Below are positions 63,501-64,000 of a stretch of DNA of 64,000 nt, piece after piece. The stretch covers positions 1,054,001 through 1,118,000 of the forward strand of contig NW_026781909.1 of assembly GCF_031769215.1 (NCBI RefSeq), written 5' to 3'. This DNA comes from Ylistrum balloti. Taxonomy: Eukaryota. Numbering within the stretch: position 1 is the first letter of the stretch; each line of letters opens with the position of its first letter. A model generated the notes under the pieces. The model had not been told where the DNA came from and did no database searches. It saw nothing but the letters and a program-made list of their open reading frames with translations. The translations under genes and the position numbers were made by a program.

Positions 63501-63986
63501 TACCCAGTAAAATGTTTTCACATTTTGTACATTTTTGTGACAAAACCTTTCTGTGACATGTGTTCAGACAGAAATGACAGTCAGTGGAGACTGATCTTTC
63601 GAGGGACTGACAGACAAGCTTTGACAATTTGTAACAACAACACAGAAATTTCAATCTGTTGCTTTTTTGGCCAAATATTTACCAAAAAAGGAAACTCTGT
63701 CACATACAGGTACATGTTTCTACGTAAAAAGCTTTTCGATAAAATTTCCTGAATACTTGTAATAGAAATTTTAGAAGACAGAAAATCTGCCAATGTTTTA
63801 CCCTTTCTATGAGTTTTGCTGGGAACATTTTCCTGATGAAGTCTCGAAACTGTTGAGGTCCTACATTTCCAGTGAAGAAAGTTGACCTCCCATTGACAAT
63901 TCCTAAAATGGCTGGTACATGATGGACACGGAGTTCTGAGGCCAAACCAACGGCATGTCCTGCATGGAAAGTTCCAACACCAATTC
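54502..63986 (-). CDS. DNAJC16: DnaJ homolog subfamily C member 16, last nine coding exons (5' part lies beyond the window)
   Basis: Exons 63986-63802, 63313-63050, 62435-62305, 61658-61460, 60474-60283, 58808-58741, 56408-56262, 55907-55740 and 54904-54502 join in frame with GT-AG introns. Thioredoxin-like GIGVGTFHAG..PAILGIVNG, LLPRLSSQERFEELCP, DRVRFTYIY, TM segment GTVLLSLFLMFCMGYF, VLAINGFRNYYYIYHP and C-terminal WMDRVFDGSVKKIRVPYWP all match the family. Confidence 0.92.
56388..57329. repeat. 52-bp intronic tandem array, about 18 copies, derived from a DNAJC16 intron/exon junction
   Basis: Unit gttcctgcagtaaaaacagtcatacctgagtaaacacaaggtttatctgtaa (56591, 56643 onward). The first unit overlaps the real acceptor at 56409. 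Confidence 0.93.
58178..58321 (-). mobile_element. tRNA-headed SINE fragment in a DNAJC16 intron
   Basis: Minus strand GGGTGGCCAGGCAGCACAGTGGTAATGCACTCG...GGGTTTGATTTCC followed by GGTTTTCCTTGAGTTCTCCGGTTTCCCC, a SINE central-domain-like motif. Confidence 0.55.
58880..59510. repeat. Degenerate interspersed repeat (non-autonomous Helitron/Helentron-like)
   Basis: Internal repeats atttgaccc.tttt.g.ccccgcc at about 59004 and 59308. Decayed terminal hairpin tcaccctgagactctgtctgaggtga at about 59478-59503. Confidence 0.4.
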
Positions 63987-64000
63987 CTATAGGAGAAATA

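Overview
AT-rich, intron-containing animal genomic DNA; the repeat content suggests a bivalve mollusc (inference). The left two-thirds holds a tandem array of five divergent calmodulin-like (EF-hand) genes, labelled A-E here, all on the minus strand and reconstructed exon by exon (coding exons of about 3/31/144/243/29 nt). None is canonical calmodulin. Gene A carries a 6.2-kb DNA transposon in an intron (34-bp imperfect TIRs, no target-site duplication, AAA|TTT flanks) encoding an apparently intact 690-aa DDE transposase with a C-terminal SWIM finger. Gene E is head-to-head with a 3-exon CFAP107 (C1orf158) orthologue on the plus strand. The right end holds the last nine coding exons of a DNAJC16 orthologue on the minus strand. 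The window also contains about ten tandem arrays, Penelope-like RT relics with a dispersed terminal repeat family, tRNA/SINE-like fragments and a piggyBac-type MITE. All gene models were built by eye from splice signals and protein similarity, without transcript evidence.
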